64,000 nucleotides of DNA from the NCBI GenBank assembly GCA_031551255.1, contig JAVBNW010000066.1:8955-72954 (forward strand), read 5' to 3'. Below are positions 37,622 to 47,040 of the stretch, piece by piece. This DNA is from Eubacteriales bacterium. Lineage in GTDB: Bacteria; Bacillota; Clostridia; Christensenellales; UBA1750. The translations under genes were made by a program, and so were the position numbers. The notes beneath the pieces are model-generated. The model had not been told where the DNA came from. It did no database searches and saw nothing but the letters and a program-made list of their open reading frames with translations. Every line of letters begins with the position of its first letter. Position 1 is the stretch's first letter.

Positions 37622-38386
37622 TTGGATCATCAAGCGAAGCTTTCCACGCGTGCGCTGTGCGTGTTTATCGGTCGCCAGCAGATCTTAGGCCCGATCGACC
37701 TTTCGCTGGAGGATGGGCGCTTAACAGCGCTGATCGGCCCGCAAAGCGCCGGTAAAACAACGCTTTTGCGGGCCCTGAACCGGCTGATGGATGAGCGCTC
37801 GGGCGCGCGGGTCACCGGCAGCATACTGCTGGACGGTCAAAGTATCGACGCGATCGATCATAGGACGCTCACATCGCGGATCGGCATGATCTTCCCCGAG
37901 CCGGCAATCTTTCCGGGTACGGTTTTAGAAAACCTTGCCTACGGCCTGAGGCTGCGCGGCGTGCGCGATAAGGCGCTATGGCGGCTTGCCGCGGAACACG
38001 CGTTGAGAGAAGCTTTGTTGTGGAACGAACTGAAAGATCAACTCAACCATCCGGCAAGCGAACTTTCGGCGGAACAAAAACAGCGCCTATGCGTGGCGCG
38101 CACGCTGACACTCAACCCGGAGATATTGCTGCTTGATGAGCCGTGGAGCAGCATCGACGTGGGGTCCCGCTCGCGGCTGGAAGAATTGGTGCGCGAGCTT
38201 CGAGGCCGCTATACGATCCTGGCGACCGTCAGTGACATGAACCTGGCCGGGCGCATTTCGGACGACGCGGCGTTTTTGCTGGGCGGGAAGATCATCGAGC
38301 ACGGCCCGACGGAAGAATTGTTCTATCGCCCGAAGGATCAGCGCACAGGCGCTTTTATCACCGGACGCTTTGAGGCACAGTCGTAA
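37622..38386 (+). CDS. pstB: PstB-like ABC ATPase with degenerate catalytic motifs
   Basis: GPQSAGKTT, LNRL, LLLDEP, F.RPKDQRT..FITGRF. Confidence 0.85.
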   Translation: MDHQAKLSTRALCVFIGRQQILGPIDLSLEDGRLTALIGPQSAGKTTLLRALNRLMDERSGARVTGSILLDGQSIDAIDHRTLTSRIGMIFPEPAIFPGTVLENLAYGLRLRGVRDKALWRLAAEHALREALLWNELKDQLNHPASELSAEQKQRLCVARTLTLNPEILLLDEPWSSIDVGSRSRLEELVRELRGRYTILATVSDMNLAGRISDDAAFLLGGKIIEHGPTEELFYRPKDQRTGAFITGRFEAQS

Positions 38387-38467
38387 TTTAGTACTGCGCT
38401 GACGTACCCGGCGGACGAATCAGAAGGGTCTAAGCAGCGTGGCCGCCATACCGCGAGGAGGTATATC

Positions 38468-39106
38468 GTGACAAAAATGGATGCGGAACTTTTGTCGGTT
38501 AGACGCGAAGTCGTACGCATGGGCTCACTCGTGAGCGATATCGCTCTAAACGCCTCAAAGGTAGTTGCGCGCATGGACGCGGCGCTTGCGCGCGAAGTGA
38601 TCAGGGAGGACGAGTGGATCGACGAACTGCGCTTCCAGCTCGACGACAGGCTGATTCAGACGCTCGCGCTCAATCACCCGATGGGAGACGACCTCAGAGG
38701 CGTCGTGGGCGCGATGCGCATATGCGGCGATCTTGAGCGGGTAGGCGACTACGCGGTAAACATCGGCAAGGCGATGCTCAAACTTAACGAAGACGCGCGC
38801 GCGTGGCTGCACCCTTCTATACAGCCGATGGCCGACATCTGCGTGGATATGCTGGAAGGGGCGATGGATGCGTATTTTTCGCGCGACACCGACCGGGCGC
38901 GCGTGGTGAGCAAGCGCGACGACGAAGTGGATGCGTACTATAAAGAGGTCGAGCAATACTTCTCCGCCCAGCGCTCGCACTCCGGCGCGGTGTGCATCCA
39001 AAATGTGCTGATCGCGCGCGCGTTTGAGCGGATTGCCGACCACATCACCAACATCTGCGAGTGGGTGATGTTCGAAAGCACGGGGCTACACGAAGAACTG
39101 AACTGA
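38468..39106 (+). CDS. phoU: Phosphate signalling protein PhoU
   Basis: DLERVGDYAVNI, DDEVD, FERIADHITNICE. Confidence 0.95.
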   Translation: MTKMDAELLSVRREVVRMGSLVSDIALNASKVVARMDAALAREVIREDEWIDELRFQLDDRLIQTLALNHPMGDDLRGVVGAMRICGDLERVGDYAVNIGKAMLKLNEDARAWLHPSIQPMADICVDMLEGAMDAYFSRDTDRARVVSKRDDEVDAYYKEVEQYFSAQRSHSGAVCIQNVLIARAFERIADHITNICEWVMFESTGLHEELN

Positions 39107-39124
39107 CATTCCTAGAAAAATCTT

Positions 39125-39284
39125 TATCGTCGCCGACCCCAAAGCGCTCAAAAGACAGCGAACGGGAGGTTTTTCTCGCGAGGAAGGGGAAGGAGGCATA
39201 GCCGTAGCTATGGCGACTGGCCTGACAAAGCGTGGGGAACCGATCCGTCGCTGGACTTGTGTGCTTTGAGGGCCGGCGACGATA
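39125..39284. repeat. 160-bp TA-flanked hairpin element (MITE/REP-like), copy A
   Basis: Terminal IRs TATCGTCGCCG../..CGGCGACGATA; core nearly identical to 62083..62244. Confidence 0.9.
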
Positions 39285-39304
39285 TAGCAAAGGAAGCTGA
39301 GCTG

Positions 39305-39345
39305 AAAAAAGGGGCGCTTGACCACAGCGGGTCAAGCGCCCCTTT
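39305..39345. terminator. Bidirectional intrinsic terminator
   Basis: AAAAAAGGGGCGCTTGACC..GGTCAAGCGCCCCTTT between convergent genes. Confidence 0.85.
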
Positions 39346-39399
39346 ATCCTACCGGAAAATTTTCGGCCGCACCTTGGCAACCTTGCCTCAAGGCCCGCG

Positions 39400-40506
39400 C
39401 TACGCCTCGGGGATCGTATCGGGCAGGTGCGGCTCTCCCCCTTCGCCGCGCCCCTGAACCGGCGTCGCGCAGAACGGACAGATGTTCCACGCGTCCTCGA
39501 CGATTCTGCCACACTTCTCACATTGCTCGCGGTTGCGCGCACCGCACACCGGGCATACGACATAGTCTTTTCCAATGGGCTCCTTGCACTCGGAACACTG
39601 GATGATCTCCGGGCGCACCATCAGGTATACGATCAGCCCCACTACATTGGTGCACAGCGTCAGAATGCTCCACAGCGCCGGATGGTTATTGTCGCGGCGC
39701 GAGGCATCCAGGAACACCCACACGGCCGTCATCAGCCAGTACGCGAAGAAGGCGAGAAGCGCGCTGACCACGAAAAACTGTACCACCGGCTGGACGCCAC
39801 GCTCTCTTTCCTGGCTTTGCTCGGCAGCCAAATTGTCACCATCGTTAAAGAAGAACATGTGCAGGTTTTTCGTAGGAAAGCCCGCGTAGGTCACGCTGTC
39901 GCCGCCGGTGGAATACCCGTAATAAGAGTAGCTGGCGCTCGTGCCCGGCATGGCCATATCGCCGTACACCGTCACATAGGATGCACTCCCGCCGCTCTCA
40001 TATGCGGCTCCCTCCAGCTTCTCCAGCTTGGGCAAAAGGGGCTTAGAAAGGTTCATCAGCGACGCCAAATCGTCCGAAATCACATAGTGACTGGATACTA
40101 TATTGCCCTCGGCGTCGAGGATGCACAGTAAGTCGCCTTGACGGCTATCCAAGCAGGCGTATAGGGTGCCGGTGTCATCCAGATGCCCCTGGTTCTGCGC
40201 GTACACCACGCGAAAATTGTTGTCGATCAGCACAAAGTTGGAATAACGGTGGTATTTTGCGCTGTATTGCTGCATCATGTTGCCGAGCGTTTCGTCTTGC
40301 TCGTTAAACCCGTTGAACTCGATGTAGTTGACGATGGATTGAAGGTCGTTTTGCTTGGCCCTGTTCGCGGCGGTAATCGCATTCCAAGTATTTCTTTCCA
40401 CTACCTGCACGACGATGAGCACGAGCAGGCTGAACGCCGCGCAGATAAAAATCGCCAATCGCAGGATGTTTTGTAGCTTCCGTTGTTTCTTCGCGTTTTG
40501 CAACAA
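39400..40506 (-). CDS. Membrane protein with extracellular domain and C-terminal double zinc ribbon
   Basis: N-terminal TM; WVFLDASRR..W..GLIVYL; CSEC/CPVC/CEKC/CPFC. Confidence 0.85.
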   Translation of the reverse strand: MLQNAKKQRKLQNILRLAIFICAAFSLLVLIVVQVVERNTWNAITAANRAKQNDLQSIVNYIEFNGFNEQDETLGNMMQQYSAKYHRYSNFVLIDNNFRVVYAQNQGHLDDTGTLYACLDSRQGDLLCILDAEGNIVSSHYVISDDLASLMNLSKPLLPKLEKLEGAAYESGGSASYVTVYGDMAMPGTSASYSYYGYSTGGDSVTYAGFPTKNLHMFFFNDGDNLAAEQSQERERGVQPVVQFFVVSALLAFFAYWLMTAVWVFLDASRRDNNHPALWSILTLCTNVVGLIVYLMVRPEIIQCSECKEPIGKDYVVCPVCGARNREQCEKCGRIVEDAWNICPFCATPVQGRGEGGEPHLPDTIPEA

Positions 40507-40518
40507 GTGAGTCTCCTC

Positions 40519-40848
40519 CTATCCGTGATGCCGCCCGGGCAAGAATTGCTCGAGTATGGGCAGGGTCAAAAGCGTCAGCGCCGATACCGCGCCCAGCGCC
40601 ATCGCAAAGAGGCGGGCTTGTTCGCAGTGCCCCTTCAGCGCCGCGTCGGCGGCCAGCGCTACGACCACCACAAACGGTATCAGCGCCATAAGAAACAAAC
40701 GCCGCTCCCGCCTGAGCTTTTGCCGCCGCTTCGCCTCCAGCGCGGCCTTGGCTATGCTGGGCCTCAGCAGTTCCACGGCCACGCGGGTATCGGCCTGAAT
40801 GGCCTTGGTTCTGAGCGCGTCCGCCTTGATCAAATCCTCAAAATTCAT
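40519..40848 (-). CDS. Small 2-TM protein, putative anti-sigma factor
   Basis: 4-bp overlap with the ECF sigma gene; two hydrophobic segments. Confidence 0.6.
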   Translation of the reverse strand: MNFEDLIKADALRTKAIQADTRVAVELLRPSIAKAALEAKRRQKLRRERRLFLMALIPFVVVVALAADAALKGHCEQARLFAMALGAVSALTLLTLPILEQFLPGRHHG

Positions 40849-41372
40849 GCCCCCGCCTCCTTTCTAAGCTTTTCCAGAGCGTCGTGCAGCCGCCATTTTA
40901 CGCGCTGCGGGCTCGTGCCCATCGCCCGGGCGATTTCATCGTAACTCAGCTCGATGTAGTAGCGCAGAATGACCATGGAGCGCATTTCGGTATCCAGCGC
41001 CCGAAGCAGCGCCTCCACTTGCCCCCGGTCGTCGGTCAGCGCGTGCGCATCCGCGTCGTCCGCAACCCTCTCAAGGGTTTCCGCCTCTATGGGCGCGGGC
41101 TTTTTCCTGCGCGTCTCGTCGATAAACAGGTGGTAAGCCAACTTGAACAACCATGAAGAGAACTTGTTCCCCGATCCGTCGCGGTACTTGTGCACCTTTT
41201 CGATCATACGCATCAGCGCCGTCTGCGCAAGGTCTTTCGCATCCTCCGGATGCCTGGCAAGCTTTAAATAGTAGCGATACAGCGGCGGATGAAAGCGAAT
41301 GGCGAGCTCCTCCATGGCGGAGCGGTCGCCCACGGCGGCGCGCGCAGCGAGCTGTTCGTCGGTTGTGGACAA
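40845..41372 (-). CDS. ECF RNA polymerase sigma factor
   Basis: DAKDLAQ, FSSWLFKLA, LSYDEIA..VKWRLH.A; RBS AAGGAGG. Confidence 0.93.
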   Translation of the reverse strand: MSTTDEQLAARAAVGDRSAMEELAIRFHPPLYRYYLKLARHPEDAKDLAQTALMRMIEKVHKYRDGSGNKFSSWLFKLAYHLFIDETRRKKPAPIEAETLERVADDADAHALTDDRGQVEALLRALDTEMRSMVILRYYIELSYDEIARAMGTSPQRVKWRLHDALEKLRKEAGA

Positions 41373-41403
41373 CGCACCGCCTCCTTTCGGCTTTCATGCA
41401 TAC

Positions 41404-41429
41404 AACGGGCGGGAAGGCGCGGCGGTTGC
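41404..41429 (-). promoter_or_regulatory. ECF autoregulatory promoter candidate
   Basis: GCAACC..., AAC-17bp-CGTT. Confidence 0.7.
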
Positions 41430-41500
41430 CGCTATGGGAAAAGTTTTTTTCCTGTGCTATGATAAGAGGAGAGAAATGCCACAACGGAGGAGGAACCCCT

Positions 41501-42346
41501 ATGAGCATGCGCCTTGGAGGGCCTGTCTTTATCCAATCGGACGATCCTTTAGAACTTGCGAAGGAACACCGCCGCTTAGGCTATCGCGCGGCGTACTGTC
41601 CGCCCGATTCCATGCTGAAAACCAAGGCCGATATCGAGCGGGTGCGCAGCGCGTACGCCGCCCAGGACGTCGCCATCGCCGAGGTTGGCGCGTGGGTCAA
41701 CGCGCTGGACGCGGATGCCCAAAAGGCGAAGGAAAACCGCGCCTATATTGCGGGCCGCCTCACATTGGCGGACGAGCTCGACGCGCGCTGCTGCGTGGAT
41801 ATCGTAGGCTCCCTGCGCCCGGATAAGTGGGACGGCGCGCACGAGGGCGGCTATTCCGACGAGTTTTTTGATCGGGTCGTGGAGGCGTTCCGCGAAATCA
41901 TCGACTTGGCAAAACCCAAGCGCGCCGCCATGACGTTTGAAACGATGCCGTATTACTTCCTGGACGGCCCCGAAGAATACCTGCGCCTGCTCGCGGCGAT
42001 CAACCGCCCGGGGGCGGCCGTACACATCGACATGTGCAACTGCATCTCCAACCCTCGGGATTTTTACCAAAACGGCGACATAACCCGGCGCACGTTTAAG
42101 CTGCTGGGCAACCAGATACGATCCTGCCATTTGAAGGATCTTCGGCTGGACGACGCGGGCGGCACGGTGAAATTCTACGAAACCGTGCTCGGCACCGGCG
42201 GGCTGGATATCGCCGCCTACCTTAGGTGCGCCGACGCGCTGCCCGACTGCCCCGTGATGCTCGAGCACCTGCCGGACGAGGCGACGTACGAAATCGCGCG
42301 CAAGCACGCGCTTGCGATCATGCGGCAAAACGGCATAGCGGGTTAG
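41501..42346 (+). CDS. Sugar phosphate isomerase/epimerase (TIM barrel)
   Basis: ETMP, HIDMCN, HLKD, GTGGLD, LEH; RBS GGAGG. Confidence 0.88.
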   Translation: MSMRLGGPVFIQSDDPLELAKEHRRLGYRAAYCPPDSMLKTKADIERVRSAYAAQDVAIAEVGAWVNALDADAQKAKENRAYIAGRLTLADELDARCCVDIVGSLRPDKWDGAHEGGYSDEFFDRVVEAFREIIDLAKPKRAAMTFETMPYYFLDGPEEYLRLLAAINRPGAAVHIDMCNCISNPRDFYQNGDITRRTFKLLGNQIRSCHLKDLRLDDAGGTVKFYETVLGTGGLDIAAYLRCADALPDCPVMLEHLPDEATYEIARKHALAIMRQNGIAG

Positions 42347-42476
42347 CGAAAAACGCCCCATGCCAAAGCAAAAAGGCATAAAGGCGCAACAAAGTGCCGT
42401 TGGAAACGCATCCAACGGCACTGACTATTTGCGAATGAGAAGCGAAAGAGCCGCGGGTTATGCTTACACTGCGGAG

Positions 42477-43025
42477 TTATAACGAAAACTTTTCTTTTAT
42501 CTTTTTTGCAACGATATTAGGTAAAAGATTTGAATTATCAATCTTTATATAATTTTCAAGCAAAATTTCTCCGTCATTACTTACAAGCCTAACCTTTTTG
42601 TCAGTATCAATCAAGTGTTTATCAGAGTTTTCTATATCTCTTTTGGTCGGTTTGTGAAGTAGTCGGTTTTCGGTTTTGTTACGCTGAAGCCGAATTTCTT
42701 GCGAAGCCACCAATTCCACATAAAAAATTTCCGCGTTAACCTCTTTAAAATGTTTGGTTATGGAATTTAAGGAATCCTCCCAATCGGGTTCTGCATCAAA
42801 ATTTACGCAAACAGTAACAATTAAACCATAATTGTCCGACTTGGGAAATTCTTCATAAATAACATCCTTTAATCTGTCCGAAGCAAAATCATCTCCGAAA
42901 TGTTTGAACATAAACTCATACATAACATGATTGTGAAACAACCGCAAATCGGTTATTTTTTCCAGCTCCTGCCCGACAGTCATTTTGCCGACGGCAAGGT
43001 TGCCCATTAAAATTACTAATTTCAT
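42477..43025 (-). CDS. P-loop kinase (shikimate kinase/AAA-like), AT-rich
   Basis: GNLAVGKMTVGQEL..LFHNH..RLQRN..KIDNS; RBS GGAGG. Confidence 0.88.
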   Translation of the reverse strand: MKLVILMGNLAVGKMTVGQELEKITDLRLFHNHVMYEFMFKHFGDDFASDRLKDVIYEEFPKSDNYGLIVTVCVNFDAEPDWEDSLNSITKHFKEVNAEIFYVELVASQEIRLQRNKTENRLLHKPTKRDIENSDKHLIDTDKKVRLVSNDGEILLENYIKIDNSNLLPNIVAKKIKEKFSL

Positions 43026-43213
43026 TTTATCCTCCACATAAAACATCAATACCCCGCACTGTTTAAATAAGATCATACCATAATAAGGCGCCCTTATCCA
43101 TCATCTCGGTCAATATGCATAAAACCGAGGCAACCTACATCGGCCGCCCCGGCTTAATACTTTCATATATCTCTACCTAAAACCATGCAGAACCTATGTC
43201 CCGGCAAAACCTG

Positions 43214-43642
43214 CTACCACGCGTGCGCGCAGGCGGTCTTGGCGAGCTCCAGCATGGTGGGGTAGCCGCTGAGCACGCCGCGGTCGTCCACAAAATCGAT
43301 GGCCAAATCCGGACACTCGCTGCGTATGCGCCCGATGGTTTCGCTTTCCCTGATGGTGGAAGGAACGTCGGCGACCATACGCTTGGCGCCGTGGCAGCGT
43401 ATGTGCTCTACCGCGACCGTGGCGGGATCGTCGTTATAGTAAACCGTCATTTCCGCCCCCGCACTGCGGGCGGCGACGAACAGTTTTTCAAGCTCGGCCC
43501 CGGGGTTTTCCCGAAGCGCTCTGCGCGGCTTGACGCCGATCACCTTCAAAGGCCTTCCCTCGCTTTGGGCGATTTCCTCCCCCGCCCAAATCAACCGTTG
43601 GTATGCACACCTTTCAGACATCAACACGAGAACTTCCTGCAC
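43214..43642 (-). CDS. Universal stress protein-like (KdpD USP-type domain)
   Basis: VLVLMS..QRLI..G..IA..LEKLF..GAEMTV. Confidence 0.65.
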   Translation of the reverse strand: MQEVLVLMSERCAYQRLIWAGEEIAQSEGRPLKVIGVKPRRALRENPGAELEKLFVAARSAGAEMTVYYNDDPATVAVEHIRCHGAKRMVADVPSTIRESETIGRIRSECPDLAIDFVDDRGVLSGYPTMLELAKTACAHAW

Positions 43643-43879
43643 GGTAAGAGCCCCCTTTCCGGATCATCTGAAAATGTAACCGACCGGTTTACGGTCGTTC
43701 CGCTCATCGTCTTGTGACGATGGTAACAAGGAAATGCGGCGCAAATGCGGCCTTGCCTCTATAGCAATATGGATGTTTCGAGCAAAAAAAGACCGATGGA
43801 CGAGCCATCGGTTCATTTAGGGAAGAGCAGTGCTTGCACCTATTGTATAACGCAGCCCGCGCCGGATGAAACATCGAAT

Positions 43880-45979
43880 TTATTCGGCAACGGAAAACTC
43901 TATTTTCCATTGCTCCACATCCACGGATTCGCACCGCACCAAGACTTTGTCGCCCAGGCGGAACATATGCCCGGTTCTGCGGCTCTTGATGCAGTATTGC
44001 CCCTCCACCAGCGCGTAAGAATCGTCCGTAAGCGAGCGCAGCGGCACCATGCCCGACACGGTGTTGGGCAGATCCACAAAAAAACCGGTGGCGATCGCGC
44101 CGGAAACCACGCCCTCGAAGCTCTCGCCGACGTGCGCGCTCATGTACTCGGCCTTCTTCAGGCTGTCCCAATCCATCTCCGCGCCGGAAGCCGCGGTTTC
44201 CCGCTCGGAGCAGTGCGCCGCCGCCTCGGGGGCAAACGCCGCAAGCTCGGCCCCTCTGTCCTCGTCGAGTTCTCCTGCGAGCTGCATCCCCAGCACCCTG
44301 TGGATGAACAGATCCGGATATCGGCGGATCGGAGAGGTAAAGTGGCAGTAATCCTTCAGTGCCAGGCCAAAGTGCCCCTGATTGCGCGCATCGTAGCGCG
44401 CGCGCTGCATAGAGCGCAGCATGAGCGTGGAGAGCATCGTTTCCTCGGGCCGGCCCTTCGCCTGCCCAAGCAACGCCTGCAGATGCTTGGGGTGCACGCC
44501 GTGTTTGCCGACCTTGAGCGCATAGCCAAGGTTCGTTGCAAGCGCGGCATACGCCTTTATTTTTTCGGCGCCGGGCTCGCCGTGTACGCGATACAAAAAC
44601 GGTAGGTCTAAATTAACGGCATGCTGAGCGACGACTTCGTTGGCGAGCAGCATGCATTCCTCGATGATGCGGTTGGAGACGCCCCGCTCGGCGGCCTCTA
44701 CGCTGACCGCCCTGCCCTCGCCATCGAGGCGTATGTCGGCCTCCGGCAGGTTAAAGTCGATCGACCCCCTGCGATCCCGCCGCGCTGCAAGCACGGCCGC
44801 GAGGCGCTCAAGAAGCCCGAGAAGCTCTCCATGAGAGCCGAGCTTCTCGCGAGCGGCGTCGTCGCCTTCCAGCAGCGCGGTAACATCCGTATACGTAAGC
44901 CGCCCGTGCGAGCAAATGACGCTGCGCGAAAGGCGGTAGTCGGTCACGTCGCCGGTACTTTTATCGATATCCATGATGCAGCTGAACGCGAGCCGGGGCT
45001 CGCCGGGCATCAGCGAACAAATACCGTTGGAAAGCTCCTCCGGCAGCATCGGCAGCACGGTGCTAAGCAGGTATACCGACGTTGCGCGATCGTACGCGTC
45101 TCGGTCGATGGGCGAGTGCGGGCGCACATAGTGGCTCACGTCGGCGATGTGCACATGCAGGCGATAGCCGCCGGGAATCTCCTGCGCATACACGGCATCG
45201 TCGAAGTCCTTCGCGGTTTCTCCATCGATCGTCACGCAGGGCTGATCGGTAAAGTCTTCGCGGCCCTTGCGCGCCTTCGCGGTCACATGTTTGGGCAGGG
45301 CGCGGGCCTCCTCAAGCGCGGCGTCGGAAAACTTTTCCTCCAGGCCGTGCGAGCGGATGATCGCGCGCAGTTGGGTGCTGCTGTCGCCGCTCTTGCCCAG
45401 CACTTCGACGATCCGCGCCTGCGGCTCGTAGGGAGCATCCCAATCTTCCACCTCGGCCACGACCTGATCGCCCGGCGCCGCCCCCGCCGTGCCGCTCGCG
45501 GGAATGTGAAGCCGCGCGTGGATGCGCTGATCGCCGGGCACGACGATGCAATCGCCGCCTTTACCCGTTTCCATCGTGCCGATCACCGTGCCGTTTGCGT
45601 GGACGAGGATCGACTCCACCGTGCCCACAAACCTACCATCCGGGCGGTCTTTAATGGTTGCGAGAACCGCGTCGCCGTGAAGCGCGCCGCTGTTGCCCGT
45701 AAGCAGCGCATCCTTTTCTCTGCCTTCGCTCACGAGAAACGCGTGCCCGCTGCCCGTCGCCTGCACCCTGGCATACGTAAGCCCCAATTCGCCGGGCCGC
45801 ATGATGCGCTTTTTCGCGCTGAGCATGAGCTTCCCTTCGGCAAAAAGCTCGTCAAGAGCCTCGCCGATTTCCTTGGCGGGAATATCGCCAAACCTTGCGG
45901 GCAGGTCGCTTACCTTAAGTTTTTTACCCGCCTGCGAGCATAGTTCTTCGATTTGTCTTTTGAGTTTCGCTTTTTCCAT
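43880..45979 (-). CDS. rnr: Ribonuclease R
   Basis: TIDGETAKDFDDA, HIADVSHYV, HFTSPIRRYPDL, C-terminal S1 domain. Confidence 0.96.
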   Translation of the reverse strand: MEKAKLKRQIEELCSQAGKKLKVSDLPARFGDIPAKEIGEALDELFAEGKLMLSAKKRIMRPGELGLTYARVQATGSGHAFLVSEGREKDALLTGNSGALHGDAVLATIKDRPDGRFVGTVESILVHANGTVIGTMETGKGGDCIVVPGDQRIHARLHIPASGTAGAAPGDQVVAEVEDWDAPYEPQARIVEVLGKSGDSSTQLRAIIRSHGLEEKFSDAALEEARALPKHVTAKARKGREDFTDQPCVTIDGETAKDFDDAVYAQEIPGGYRLHVHIADVSHYVRPHSPIDRDAYDRATSVYLLSTVLPMLPEELSNGICSLMPGEPRLAFSCIMDIDKSTGDVTDYRLSRSVICSHGRLTYTDVTALLEGDDAAREKLGSHGELLGLLERLAAVLAARRDRRGSIDFNLPEADIRLDGEGRAVSVEAAERGVSNRIIEECMLLANEVVAQHAVNLDLPFLYRVHGEPGAEKIKAYAALATNLGYALKVGKHGVHPKHLQALLGQAKGRPEETMLSTLMLRSMQRARYDARNQGHFGLALKDYCHFTSPIRRYPDLFIHRVLGMQLAGELDEDRGAELAAFAPEAAAHCSERETAASGAEMDWDSLKKAEYMSAHVGESFEGVVSGAIATGFFVDLPNTVSGMVPLRSLTDDSYALVEGQYCIKSRRTGHMFRLGDKVLVRCESVDVEQWKIEFSVAE

Positions 45980-45999
45980 GTAACTGTCCTTCCGTATAC

Positions 46000-46258
46000 T
46001 ACGTCCTGCTGACACCAACGCTCAGCGCCGTTTTTCGCCCGTTTTTCGTGCCTGACTTTGTTGCCGTCGATTGCCTTCGGCTGGAAGCGTTGCCTACGGC
46101 AACGCCGGTTAAGGCCTCGGCAAGGCTGTTCGCAGCCCAGCGTAGCTGCCGGCATTTCACGCCGAAGGCGTATCCCGAAGGGTTGCCGCCTTCCTGCGCC
46201 TCATCAGGCGCAAAACCAGCTCGAAATTTAGCATTTCGGATTATGTCAACAGGTCCTA
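46000..46258. repeat. Degenerate TA-flanked MITE-like element between secG and rnr
   Basis: Ends TACGTCCTGCTGACA / TGTCAACAGGTCCTA (12/15 complementary); internal hairpin GCGTTGCC-TAC-GGCAACGC. Confidence 0.5.
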
Positions 46259-46337
46259 GACCATAAAACTACCATATTGGGTTTGCGCAGAAAATGAAAC
46301 GACCGGGCATCAAGCCCGGCCGCAATCGCCGTAAACA

Positions 46338-46592
46338 TTACGCCACGGGTATCTTTTGGATGAGCAGCATAACCAGCGCAAGCACGATGAATACCACGGC
46401 GCAGATCTTGGTAAGCCTTTCTAGAAGCCCCTCGATGGAGCGCGCCTTGCGCTTGCCGAAAAAAGTTTCCGCTCCGCCCGCGATCGCGCCCGAGAGCCCT
46501 GCCTGCTTGCCCTGCTGCGCGAGAACCAAAACGATTAGCCCTATCGCGAAGACGATTAGCAGGATGTTGAGAAACCATTGAAGCACGATCAT
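46338..46592 (-). CDS. secG: Preprotein translocase subunit SecG
   Basis: VLAQQGKQAGLSGAIAGGAETFFGK..LERLT; upstream of rnr. Confidence 0.95.
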   Translation of the reverse strand: MIVLQWFLNILLIVFAIGLIVLVLAQQGKQAGLSGAIAGGAETFFGKRKARSIEGLLERLTKICAVVFIVLALVMLLIQKIPVA

Positions 46593-46626
46593 GGAACGTT
46601 CACTCCCATTTTTAGATAGCTTGCCT

Positions 46627-46655
46627 AGTATAGCACGCTTTCATGCGCATGACAA
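46627..46655 (-). promoter_or_regulatory. Sigma-A promoter for secG
   Basis: TTGTCA-17bp-(TGc)TATACT. Confidence 0.75.
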
Positions 46656-46721
46656 GTTAAAACAAAGCTCGTCCGCACACCATGCGCGACGCGAAAAAAG
46701 GAAGGCCGAAACCTTCCTCAG

Positions 46722-46751
46722 CGCGATGACAAACTGTGGTTTGTCATCGCG
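46722..46751. repeat. Perfect 13-bp hairpin
   Basis: CGCGATGACAAAC-TGTG-GTTTGTCATCGCG. Confidence 0.7.
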
Positions 46752-47040
46752 GCAAAGTCCTTAAACCGACTGCGTCATTTCCGACCGGACTTGCATACCA
46801 GCCGGTATGAGCCTGCGGTCGTACACGTCGACCCTCAGTTCATGCGGGCTCCCGCCTCGCTCCCATGTGCGCACTGCGCACGCTCGGCTCCGGCCCCCGG
46901 CTCTTTTCAGGCGGGGCCTCGGCCCCGCACCCCTAGCAGGAACGTGAAATCGAGGCGTTCTGCTTCTTGTATCGTTGTTGCCTTGTTCAAAACGCTCGCA
47001 GCCGGAATGGCGCGGCATACGCAACCTTTTCAGCGTGTGC

